This document shows positions 20,402 through 29,267 of a stretch of DNA of 64,000 nucleotides, in pieces. The notes under the pieces were generated by a model. That model was not told the origin of the DNA. It saw only the letters and a program-made list of their open reading frames with translations, and made no database searches. This DNA comes from an uncultured Pelagibacteraceae bacterium (GTDB taxonomy: Bacteria > Pseudomonadota > Alphaproteobacteria > Pelagibacterales > Pelagibacteraceae), in the NCBI GenBank assembly GCA_905612235.1, contig CAJQRF010000011.1:40835-104834 (forward strand), given 5' to 3'. Every line of letters begins with the position of its first letter. The first letter of the stretch is position 1. A program made the translations under genes and the position numbers.

Positions 20402-21568
20402 ATGGAAATTCCAAAAAGTTTTTTAGGTTTTAAAAGAGAAAATGGCAGAGCTGGTACTAGAAATCATGTGATTATCCTGCCAGTTGATGATATTTCAAAT
20501 GCTTGTGCCGAAGCTGTTGCAAATAATATTAAAGGAACAATTGCATTACCTCATTCTTATGGAAGACTTCAATTTGGCGCTGATTTAGAATTGCACTTTA
20601 GAACAATGATTGGAACTGGAAGCAATCCAAATGTTGCAGCAGTAATAGTTATTGGAATTGAACCTAAATGGACAAAAAAAATAGTGGATGGAATTGCAAA
20701 AACTGGGAAACCTGTTGAAGGTTTTCATATTGAGCGCACTGGAGATATTGGCACAGTTATGAAGGCTTCAAAAAAAGCTCAAGAATTTGTGATGTGGGCA
20801 TCTGAAAAACAAAGAGAAGAATGTCCTTTAAGTGATTTGTGGATATCAGTTAAGTGTGGAGAATCTGATACAACTTCTGGATTGGCTGCAAACCCAACAG
20901 TTGGAAATTTAATGGATAAATTAGAACCATTAGGAGTTCATTTGTGTTTTGGAGAAACATCAGAGCTTACGGGGGCTGAAACTGTTTGTGCTAAGAGAGG
21001 TTCTACACCAGAGGCTTCTGAAAAATTTATGAAGGCGTGGAACTCTTATAACGATTTTATACTTAAAGAGGCAACTGATGACCTTTCAGAAAGCCAACCT
21101 ACTGCAGGAAATATTGCAGGAGGTCTTACAACAATTGAAGAAAAGGCATTTGGGAACTTTCAAAAGATAGGGGCATGTAAGTTTATAGATGTTTTGGGGC
21201 CAGCAGAAGAACCTAAAAAAGGAAAAGGTCTTTACTTTATGGATACTTCATCTGCAGCAGCAGAATGCGTAACTCTTCAAGCAGCAGCTGGTTTCAATAT
21301 TCATTTATTTCCAACAGGTCAAGGTAACATTGTAGGAAATCCTATTGAACCTGTTATTAAATTAACAGCTAATCCGTTAACTGTTAAAGGTATGGGCGAA
21401 CATATTGATTGTGATGTTTCAAAAATACTTACACGTGAGATGAACATGTCTCAAGCTGGTGATGAATTAATTAAAACCACAATAAGAGTAGCTAACGGTA
21501 GACTAACCTGCGCAGAAGCATTAGGTCATAAAGAGTTTGTAATGACTAAACTTTACAGAAGTGCGTAA
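20402..21568 (+). CDS. suyB: UxaA-family large subunit, probable (2R)-sulfolactate sulfo-lyase subunit beta
   Basis: 388 aa UxaA C-terminal-type protein starting at the ATG at 20402, 4 nt after suyA. The split two-gene architecture matches SuyAB. Confidence 0.6.
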   Translation: MEIPKSFLGFKRENGRAGTRNHVIILPVDDISNACAEAVANNIKGTIALPHSYGRLQFGADLELHFRTMIGTGSNPNVAAVIVIGIEPKWTKKIVDGIAKTGKPVEGFHIERTGDIGTVMKASKKAQEFVMWASEKQREECPLSDLWISVKCGESDTTSGLAANPTVGNLMDKLEPLGVHLCFGETSELTGAETVCAKRGSTPEASEKFMKAWNSYNDFILKEATDDLSESQPTAGNIAGGLTTIEEKAFGNFQKIGACKFIDVLGPAEEPKKGKGLYFMDTSSAAAECVTLQAAAGFNIHLFPTGQGNIVGNPIEPVIKLTANPLTVKGMGEHIDCDVSKILTREMNMSQAGDELIKTTIRVANGRLTCAEALGHKEFVMTKLYRSA

Positions 21569-21963
21569 TGACAAAATCTGAAAATGATTGTTTTTTATGC
21601 AGTAGAGCAAAAAACGAATGTATTTATTCGAGTAAGTTTGTGTTTGTTATTAGGGATAATAAATTTCCTGTTACCAAACACCACACATTAATTGCAACCC
21701 ATAGACATGTTTCTGATTTCTTTGATTTAAATAATGAAGAACTTAATGATTTATCTAATGTACTTAAAAAACAAAGACAATTATTAATAAACTTAGATAA
21801 AGAAATTACTGGTTTTAATGTAGGGGTTAATGCTGGTGTCGATGCAGGTCAATCAATTATGCACTGTCATATTCATTTAATTCCACGAAGAAAAGGTGAT
21901 ATGGATAATCCTAGAGGTGGCGTTAGAGGAGTGATACCATCAAAACAAAAATATAATAAATGA
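21568..21963 (+). CDS. HIT family nucleotide hydrolase/transferase
   Basis: 131 aa with the histidine triad HCHIHLIPR. Start overlaps the suyB stop (TAATG). Confidence 0.85.
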   Translation: MTKSENDCFLCSRAKNECIYSSKFVFVIRDNKFPVTKHHTLIATHRHVSDFFDLNNEELNDLSNVLKKQRQLLINLDKEITGFNVGVNAGVDAGQSIMHCHIHLIPRRKGDMDNPRGGVRGVIPSKQKYNK

Positions 21964-22880
21964 ATAAAGATTATTTTTCAAAAGTAAGAATCTTAGATGG
22001 TGGCATGGGACAGACCCTACTTCAAAAAGGATTAAAGGCTAAAGGATCTCTTTGGTCAGCTACTGCATTGATTGAAGAAAAATATCACCAACTAGTAATA
22101 GATACCCATTTAGATTTTATAAAATCTGGAGCAGACGTCATTGTTACCAATAATTTTGCTGCACGAAGATCAAGAACTCTACAAAATAATGTAGATGAAC
22201 ACTTTAATTATGCTAATAAAAAAGCTGGGGAACTTGCTCTGAAAGCAAAAGAAGTTTCAAAAAAAAATATTTTAATAGCAGGTAGTTTGCCAGCTCAATA
22301 TGATACTTATGTACCTGATGAAAGAGATCAAAATTTAATAAAGGAAGATTTTTATGATCAAGCTAATTTATTAAAACCTTTTATTGATTTTTTTTACTTA
22401 GATGTTTTATCTAGTATTAGAGAAATTGAAATTGCATTAAATGTGGTTGAAAAAATGAATCTTCCTGTTTTGATTGGAATGCATATTAGCGAAAATGGTA
22501 AATTACCTTCAGGTGAAACTATAACTAAAATGGTCGAAACATGTAAAAGTAAAAATTGGTTAGGTTTAATTGCGTCATGTGTTTCGCCAGAAATTATAGA
22601 AAATACTATTGATGAGATTAGATCATTAAAAATTTCTTTTGGCTTTAAAGCAAATCTTTGGAAAGAACAACCACTGCCAGTTGGCGAAATTGTTAGAATA
22701 GATGCAGCTGGTTTTGGAGAAAACCCTGTTGTTGTTTTGGGTACTAGAGATGAGATTACAGCAGAAAAGTTTTATGACTTTTCAAAAAAAATGGTTGATA
22801 AAGGTGCTACTATTTTAGGTGGATGCTGTGAGACAAAACCAGCTCATATTAACGCTATTTCCGAATTGAAGCAGATCTAG
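21960..22880 (+). CDS. homocysteine S-methyltransferase (MmuM/BHMT-type)
   Basis: LDGGMGQ N-terminus and zinc-ligand cysteines (SCVSPE, GGCCETKP). Start overlaps the HIT stop (ATGA). Confidence 0.8.
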   Translation: MNKDYFSKVRILDGGMGQTLLQKGLKAKGSLWSATALIEEKYHQLVIDTHLDFIKSGADVIVTNNFAARRSRTLQNNVDEHFNYANKKAGELALKAKEVSKKNILIAGSLPAQYDTYVPDERDQNLIKEDFYDQANLLKPFIDFFYLDVLSSIREIEIALNVVEKMNLPVLIGMHISENGKLPSGETITKMVETCKSKNWLGLIASCVSPEIIENTIDEIRSLKISFGFKANLWKEQPLPVGEIVRIDAAGFGENPVVVLGTRDEITAEKFYDFSKKMVDKGATILGGCCETKPAHINAISELKQI

Positions 22881-23319
22881 CTTTCTTAATTCTCCATCTA
22901 GATCCTTCTCTAACTATATAACCTACGCAATTTTTTGCTCCACACTTGCAAACAAATTGTTTATAGTCCTCATCATAACCAAATCCATAATCATAAGATA
23001 ATTCTTCACCTTTTTTTATATCTTTAATAGCAGTAATCCATAGTTTCAAACCTTTACCTTCTACTTCACAATTTGGATTGCAAGAATGATTGATTAATCT
23101 TGCATCATTATACTTAAAGTCTCCATCCAGATCATATCTGCTGTTCAAATTAAATAAATATATTGCTTTATCGTTATCAAATTTTGGATTTGTGTCGGTT
23201 TCTTTTTTTGTGATGAGCTTACCTTTATAATTAATAACTAATTTTCCAGATTTTATATTTTTTGTTGCATAAAGACCTTTATTATCAATATTTGATTTTT
23301 TAATTTTATATAATTTCAT
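22855..23319 (-). CDS. SET-domain protein (putative protein-lysine methyltransferase)
   Basis: 154 aa; NHSCNPN, ELSYDYGF and a post-SET CKCGAKNC. 3' end overlaps the convergent methyltransferase gene by 26 nt. Confidence 0.8.
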   Translation of the reverse strand: MKLYKIKKSNIDNKGLYATKNIKSGKLVINYKGKLITKKETDTNPKFDNDKAIYLFNLNSRYDLDGDFKYNDARLINHSCNPNCEVEGKGLKLWITAIKDIKKGEELSYDYGFGYDEDYKQFVCKCGAKNCVGYIVREGSRWRIKKARSASIRK

Positions 23320-23321
23320 AG

Positions 23322-23626
23322 TTATTTGTTTGTACTGGTAAATACATAATATGCAACAGCTTCAATTTCTTCAGGGGTTAAAATACCTTCCCAAGGTGGC
23401 ATAACTCCAGCACCATTTGTCACAGCATAAATAATCTGATCAATCTGCAGTTTAAGCATATCAAGATTTGGACCAATATCGCCTGATGATTCTGCAGATT
23501 TCAAAGTGTGACAAGTCCCACACGCTGCTTTATTGTTATAAATCTCTAATCCTAAAATCATTTTTTCATCAGCAAAAGAAACTTTTGAAAAAAAAATAAA
23601 ACTAAGATGAGTAGTTTTTTTTTCAT
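23322..23626 (-). CDS. class I c-type cytochrome, apparently split by a frameshift between signal peptide and mature domain
   Basis: Mature domain 23322..23561 has a CGTCH heme site and a VMPPW Met-ligand region but no signal peptide. An ATG at 23626 opens MKKKLLILVLFFF... in another frame; one extra nt in the T9 run (mRNA sense) at 23588-23596 would join them. Confidence 0.65.
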
Positions 23627-23635
23627 ATATAAAAT

Positions 23636-24739
23636 CTATATTGCTTTTGGAGGTATCGTTTTGGGTGCATTAATCCGTTTACTTATTTGCCTTCTTATAT
23701 AAGAAACTGCAACACCAAAAAATAAAGCTATAAAAATTGACAATATTCCATAAACAATTGGGTAGTTATTTGATAAATTATAAATTGTATTTCCAAAATC
23801 ACTAATCTCTGCGATTTTATTTGTTGGAAGTGTTAAGCTTGCTTTTCCACTTTCTTTATTTTTAAAAAAAGTTTCATATGCCATCAGCAGTCCAATTGAG
23901 AGCATAAGCACAGCTAATAAGGCTTTAAGTTGAGACCCCTGAAGTCTTTGTCCAATTTTTTGACCTACATGAACTCCAGCAATAGATCCTGTGATTAGTA
24001 TTAAAACAAGCATTAAATCAATTGTTTGATAGGTGAAAGCGTGAGAGATTGTAACAAATCCTGTTACGAATATAGTTACAAATAATGAAGTGCCAGGAAC
24101 AAGTTTTGTTGGCATGCCAATTATATATATCATTGCTGGCACCATTAAAAATGCTCCACCCACACCCATAATAGCAGAGACAAAACCAACAATAACACCT
24201 AATAAAAGTGGAACTAAAGCGCTTTCATAAACTTTAGATGTCTTAAATCTCATTCTAAAAGGAAGTCCATGTATCCAGTAATGAGTATGTAATTTTTTTT
24301 TTATTGGAATTTTATTTTTGAAAATATTAAGTTCTTTGAGTCCATCTCTAAGCATGAAACTGCCAATGATTGCCAATACATACATGTATGCTAACGCGAT
24401 TACTATATCTATTTTACCAATTCCTTTAAAATAACTGAATGTTAAAATTCCAATAAAAGTTCCTGCTAACCCACCAGTAATTATTAACCAACCTATTTTA
24501 ATATCTAATGTTTTTTTAAACCAATGAGTGAGAGCTCCAGATGATGATGAGGCTAAAATATTATTTGCTTCATTTGCTACTGCATAAATTGGAGGTATGC
24601 CCATAAAAATTAACAAGGGGGTCATCAAAAATCCTCCCCCCACACCGAATAATCCAGATAAAAAACCTACGCTATAACTTACGAAAAGTATTAAAATTAC
24701 GTTTATTTGAACTTCTGCTATGGGTAAAAAAACTTCCAT
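23636..24739 (-). CDS. TauE/SafE family sulfite/organosulfonate exporter-like membrane protein
   Basis: 367 aa, internal duplication with FGVGGGFLMTP and MGVGGAFLMVP motifs. Confidence 0.8.
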   Translation of the reverse strand: MEVFLPIAEVQINVILILFVSYSVGFLSGLFGVGGGFLMTPLLIFMGIPPIYAVANEANNILASSSSGALTHWFKKTLDIKIGWLIITGGLAGTFIGILTFSYFKGIGKIDIVIALAYMYVLAIIGSFMLRDGLKELNIFKNKIPIKKKLHTHYWIHGLPFRMRFKTSKVYESALVPLLLGVIVGFVSAIMGVGGAFLMVPAMIYIIGMPTKLVPGTSLFVTIFVTGFVTISHAFTYQTIDLMLVLILITGSIAGVHVGQKIGQRLQGSQLKALLAVLMLSIGLLMAYETFFKNKESGKASLTLPTNKIAEISDFGNTIYNLSNNYPIVYGILSIFIALFFGVAVSYIRRQISKRINAPKTIPPKAI

Positions 24740-24795
24740 AAAATATTTAGTTTATAAATATTCTTGAAATATAATAATGTCAACTAGTAGATAGC

Positions 24796-25146
24796 TTAAT
24801 AAATAGTTGCGCCAAAGACTTTAACATCATCATCTTCGACACCAAGCACTAAACGCCCTAAGAAATCCCCTGGAATCGTATTACTATTCTGTTTATAAAT
24901 AACTGTTACATGAAGGTTTCTTCTTAAACAGCCCAATACTTCTTTTTTATCTGATAAACTTGTTAGCAACTTGTTATTTGCCCATTGTTTCCCCAGCTCC
25001 ACTTCATTAGCTCCAAAAAGCATTTTTGTTGAAAAATCTCTTGTAAAACCACCGTAATCTTTAATATTAGACGACTTTACGAGATTTTTCCAAATAGGGT
25101 TGGCTATTTTTATAATCTCTTCGTCAGTTTTCTTGAGAAGATCCAT
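24796..25146 (-). CDS. hypothetical protein (116 aa), immediately downstream of aprA
   Basis: Soluble-looking ORF with no motif I recognise. Sits 16 nt after aprA on the same strand. Confidence 0.5.
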   Translation of the reverse strand: MDLLKKTDEEIIKIANPIWKNLVKSSNIKDYGGFTRDFSTKMLFGANEVELGKQWANNKLLTSLSDKKEVLGCLRRNLHVTVIYKQNSNTIPGDFLGRLVLGVEDDDVKVFGATIY

Positions 25147-25162
25147 TTATTTTTCTGATAAT

Positions 25163-27022
25163 TTAAGAAGCTTTCTTTTTCTCTTTTTCATCAACTATAT
25201 GGTAAACAGGAACTTTTTCTAAAGTAAATTTTCCAGTTTGGGGATCTCGTCTTGATACAGTCAAGCAATGCCAGTTTTCATCATCTAATTTCATGTGATC
25301 ACCACGATAATAATAACCAGGCCAACGAGTTTCTTCACGAAATAAAGTGTGTTCTGTTACACATTGAGAAGTTAAAGCACGGTGTTTTAACTCCCAAGCA
25401 CGCATAAGTTGGTGGTAATCTTCAGCTCCTACATTTTCTAAATCTTCTTCTAACCATTTAAGAAGTTCTAAACCTTTTTTAAGCATATTGCCGTTTGTCA
25501 TATAATTAGTAGCAATACCTCCAACGTATTCATCCATAATTCTTTGTAGACGTTGAAGACCTTGAATTGGAGAAATATAGCTTGGAGAAACTGTTCCTCC
25601 AGTAATTTCATTACGACCTATGGTATAATTTTCTAATGGTTTATAAATAACTTTTTTAAAATTTTCACACTGTTTTTCAGAAACATTTATATTTTCTGCT
25701 TTTTTATCTTCTATATATTTTACTGCTGCTTTTGCAGCTAAACGTCCTTCGGTAAAAGAGCCTGAAGAAAATTTATGAGCGCTACCTCCAACAGTATCTC
25801 CTGCTCCAAAAAGTCCTTCAACAGTTAACATTCTGTTGTATCCCCAGAAATATTCTGGTGGGGAAAGATCTTCTGGACCGCTTACCCAAGCACCTGAACA
25901 GGTGGCATGAGATCCCATTACGTAAGGTTCAGAAGTAGTTAGTTCAGGATTAGTATACTTTGGATCAATATTTTGAGATGCCCAAACTACAGCTTGACCA
26001 ACAGTCATGCCAAGAAAATTTTCCCACCCAACAGTCTCTAGGTGTGGATCTTGAAATGCTTCAGTTGTCACCATTTGAATTGGCCCTCTACCAGCAATCG
26101 TTTCTTGAATAAATGCATGATTTCGTAAACATGTTGGTGTTGGATGATGATCAATATATTCACCAACTAATTCTTTAGTTTGATCATACCATTTTTTTTC
26201 GTAATTTTCTCCGTTTGCATTTTGAGTATAAGTTTTTAAATGTAAGAAATAAGCACCTACTGGACCATATCCATCTTTAAATCTACATAAAACAATTCTG
26301 TTTTCCATTTGAGTCATTTTAGCGCCAACAGCAATTGGTAATGCATAAGCAGAACCATTACTCCATGGTGCGTACCAAGTTCTTCCCATACCTTCACCTA
26401 CAGCTCTTGGTTTAAAAATATGTGATGCTCCACCAGCAGCTACAATTACTGTTTTAGCGCGAAAAACATAATAATCTCCCGTGCGCATATTAAAACCAAC
26501 TGCACCACCTACTCTATTCTCGTTCGTCTCATCCATTAGTAAATGAGTTATCATAATTCTATTATATATTTTATCAGCAGATTTTTTTGCTGCTTCAGCA
26601 ACAATTGGTTTGTAACTTTCTCCATGAATCATTATCTGCCATTTACCTTCTCTTAGATAACGACCAGTTTTTTCATTTTTCATCATTGGCAAACCCCACT
26701 CATCAAACATATGTACTGTTGAGTCAACATGACGAGCCATATCATAGCCAAGATCTTCTCGAACCATACCCATCAGGTCATTACGTGCATATCTAACATG
26801 ATCTTCAGGTTGATTCTCATCCCACTGCATGCCCATGTAACAATTAATTGCATACAGTCCTTGAGCTACTGCACCGCTTCTATCTATGTTTGCTTTTTCA
26901 ACACAAATGATTTTTAAATCTCTTCCCCAATGTCTAGCTTCAAAGGCAGCACCAGTTCCTGCCATCCCGCCCCCAACAACAAGTACATCACAATCTTCAA
27001 AATGTGTTTTATGTTTGGCCAT
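25163..27022 (-). CDS. aprA: adenylylsulfate (APS) reductase alpha subunit
   Basis: 619 aa flavoprotein, VVGGGMAGTGAA FAD fold, AprA-length and pattern; overlaps aprB by 1 nt. Confidence 0.9.
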   Translation of the reverse strand: MAKHKTHFEDCDVLVVGGGMAGTGAAFEARHWGRDLKIICVEKANIDRSGAVAQGLYAINCYMGMQWDENQPEDHVRYARNDLMGMVREDLGYDMARHVDSTVHMFDEWGLPMMKNEKTGRYLREGKWQIMIHGESYKPIVAEAAKKSADKIYNRIMITHLLMDETNENRVGGAVGFNMRTGDYYVFRAKTVIVAAGGASHIFKPRAVGEGMGRTWYAPWSNGSAYALPIAVGAKMTQMENRIVLCRFKDGYGPVGAYFLHLKTYTQNANGENYEKKWYDQTKELVGEYIDHHPTPTCLRNHAFIQETIAGRGPIQMVTTEAFQDPHLETVGWENFLGMTVGQAVVWASQNIDPKYTNPELTTSEPYVMGSHATCSGAWVSGPEDLSPPEYFWGYNRMLTVEGLFGAGDTVGGSAHKFSSGSFTEGRLAAKAAVKYIEDKKAENINVSEKQCENFKKVIYKPLENYTIGRNEITGGTVSPSYISPIQGLQRLQRIMDEYVGGIATNYMTNGNMLKKGLELLKWLEEDLENVGAEDYHQLMRAWELKHRALTSQCVTEHTLFREETRWPGYYYRGDHMKLDDENWHCLTVSRRDPQTGKFTLEKVPVYHIVDEKEKKKAS

Positions 27023-27492
27023 TAATAATAGACACCTTTTTTAAATGAATCTTTAGGAATTGATGGTAGTTCTTTTTTTGTGTTTAATCCTTTAGGTTCA
27101 TTATAAAGAATCTGAGATTTAATTTCACCTGGATTAGGCTTTTCTCCTTCAGCAAGTTTTGGAATAAATTTACCCCAAGGCTTGGTTGTTATAGGAGAAA
27201 CAAAGTTTTTTTCTTTGCCATTTCTAAATTTTATCTTCCAAGAGATTGTACCTTTTTCTTCTTCTCTTCTAACTCTTACGCTGTGACCCATTGGAGCAAA
27301 GTCAGCGTACCCACGAACATCTATTGCGTGATTGGGGCAAGCTTTAACGCAAGCATAACATTCCCAACAAAAATTAGGTTCAATATTTACAGCACGTCTA
27401 ATCGTTTCATCAATGTGCATAATATCAGATGGGCAAATATCTACGCAGTGTCCGCAACCATCGCAGCGAGTCATGTATACAAATGTTGACAT
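27022..27492 (-). CDS. aprB: adenylylsulfate (APS) reductase beta subunit
   Basis: 156 aa, two [4Fe-4S] motifs (CDGCGHCVDICP, CWECYACVKACP) plus the AprB C-terminal tail. Confidence 0.9.
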   Translation of the reverse strand: MSTFVYMTRCDGCGHCVDICPSDIMHIDETIRRAVNIEPNFCWECYACVKACPNHAIDVRGYADFAPMGHSVRVRREEEKGTISWKIKFRNGKEKNFVSPITTKPWGKFIPKLAEGEKPNPGEIKSQILYNEPKGLNTKKELPSIPKDSFKKGVYY

Positions 27493-27597
27493 TTTAATTT
27501 ATGCCTTTCTTTAAACTTTTACTCAATTTGGATAGCTCGTTTATCAAGCTTCATTAAAATCGAATTAATCTTATTATGTATATATTTAGTGTTCATA

Positions 27598-28398
27598 TTA
27601 ATAGTGTTTTGGTGCCTCACGTTTAATTCCTAAGCCAAATCGTTTAGGTGCATCAGCTTCAGGAGGTAAATTATCTCTTGATCCATCGGCTTCAGCTAAA
27701 TTTTTTTGAATTGCTGCTCCTGGCTTATAAAACATGTGTGCAAATTTTGACCAGTAAACTCCACCAAATAAGACTAGGTTAGAAACGCCATATAAAACTA
27801 AAAATACCTTATCATCCCATCTGTCATTTAAATTTAAAGATTGTAAATAAGACCAAATTAATCCAAACAAAGATGTAGCAATAAGTGCAAGCACAAATAA
27901 ATCTGCTTTAATAATTCTGTACCAAGGTTGTGCTTCTGAGTAAACATCTACTCTTAAGAACAGCCAAAACCAACTTCCACCTAGAACAGTCATAAATGCA
28001 CCTGCATGCCAAATTATAGGCCATGCCGATGGTGTGTTAGAAGATGAAGAAGTATAACAAAAAATCATAACAGCCGAAGCAATCCAAAATAAAATAGTTC
28101 CATACATTCCTAGTAAATGTGCAACTCTTCTTTTGCCGGCGCCTAACTCCGAAGTAGTTCCAATATCGTAGACTACAGATTTAACAATAATAGAAGCTCT
28201 TTCTCTAGTTCCTAATACTCTTGTCGCAGATTTTTTTGCTTTTTTTGCATTTTCAAAAAAATATTTTACATTTTTTTTATGAATTATATCAAGCAATGTT
28301 CCCATAGCCGCGAGCACCACCATTACAATTAAAAACAATTGAATATAGAGAGGCGAAACTATATCTGTGAGCGTTGAAAATGGATTGTTATAAATCAT
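27598..28398 (-). CDS. aprM: AprM-like membrane anchor of APS reductase
   Basis: 266 aa polytopic protein directly upstream of aprBA, the aprM-aprBA arrangement described for sulfur oxidisers and SAR11. Assignment rests on context plus topology. Confidence 0.7.
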   Translation of the reverse strand: MIYNNPFSTLTDIVSPLYIQLFLIVMVVLAAMGTLLDIIHKKNVKYFFENAKKAKKSATRVLGTRERASIIVKSVVYDIGTTSELGAGKRRVAHLLGMYGTILFWIASAVMIFCYTSSSSNTPSAWPIIWHAGAFMTVLGGSWFWLFLRVDVYSEAQPWYRIIKADLFVLALIATSLFGLIWSYLQSLNLNDRWDDKVFLVLYGVSNLVLFGGVYWSKFAHMFYKPGAAIQKNLAEADGSRDNLPPEADAPKRFGLGIKREAPKHY

Positions 28399-28413
28399 TA
28401 CACCTCTAAAATT

Positions 28414-28448
28414 AATATAGACGGTCTTTTGAAAGAACCGTCTATATT
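28414..28448. promoter_or_regulatory. long near-perfect palindrome (attenuator/terminator or operator) just upstream of the aprM ribosome-binding site
   Basis: AATATAGACGGTCTTT-TG-AAAGAACCGTCTATATT: 12 bp, a 1-nt bulge, then 3-4 bp. It lies 40 nt after the CADD-like stop and 15 nt before the aprM SD (AGAGGTG). Confidence 0.5.
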
Positions 28449-28487
28449 GTCTCTATAAATATCTTAAATTTATTGTACTAAAATCAA

Positions 28488-29159
28488 CTAAGCAGCTACT
28501 TGCATTGGAATATTATGCTTAACTGCCATTCCAGTTAAAAAATTCCAAAGATATTTAGCTGTAGATAAAGCTGATTTTTCCGCCTTAACTTGTTCAGCTA
28601 CAGTTAAACCATCAAGTAATTTTTCACATGCTACTCTGTGGTATTTGTCAGCAGTTTTATGAACTTCAAAAAATTCCAATCCTTCTTTTGAAGAAACTCC
28701 ATAATGATTTTTTAGTCCTCTAATCTTAGTTTCAGCAATTTCTGGAATTTGTCTTTCGTAAGTGTAAAGAGAGGCTAAACCTTCTGCATAACTAGCTCTT
28801 CCATTTTTGAAAAAATTATCAATCATATCTTCAGTAAACTTTTCTTTAGTAACTGAATCTATTTTTGATTTATCCGCACCCATAGCTGATGCAAAATTTT
28901 TCCAAAGTTTAGGATGATCTGCGTTTTGGTTTTCTTCATCTTGAAGATTTTCAAGTAAAATTTTTCTTTTCTCGATATCTTCACACAAAGAATGAGTAGC
29001 ACTAATATAACGTGGAAACGCTTTTACATGTTGATAATACTGCTCAGCATAATCTTTTATTATTTCTCTAGTTAGTTTGCCTTCATTCCAAGATTTGTAA
29101 AATGGATGATTTAGTAAGTGGTACTGGTCCAGTTTTTTGTTTAGTTCTTTTGAAAACAT
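28488..29159 (-). CDS. CADD/PqqC-like heme-oxygenase-fold di-metal oxygenase
   Basis: Aligns by eye along its length with Chlamydia CADD (CT610): HPFYKSW..G.LT, YYQHVKAFPRYISA.HS.C, LL.NL.DEEN, LW..F, LYTYERQIPEIA..KIRGL, H..AD..H. Confidence 0.8.
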   Translation of the reverse strand: MFSKELNKKLDQYHLLNHPFYKSWNEGKLTREIIKDYAEQYYQHVKAFPRYISATHSLCEDIEKRKILLENLQDEENQNADHPKLWKNFASAMGADKSKIDSVTKEKFTEDMIDNFFKNGRASYAEGLASLYTYERQIPEIAETKIRGLKNHYGVSSKEGLEFFEVHKTADKYHRVACEKLLDGLTVAEQVKAEKSALSTAKYLWNFLTGMAVKHNIPMQVAA

Positions 29160-29267
29160 TTATTCCTCCTGAGTTAATAATTTTAATACTTACTTTTTTC
29201 TTAACTTTAATCAAGATACATTTCTTAAATTTATAGAAGGTTAGCCTTCAACCAAAGGTTGTGTAAT

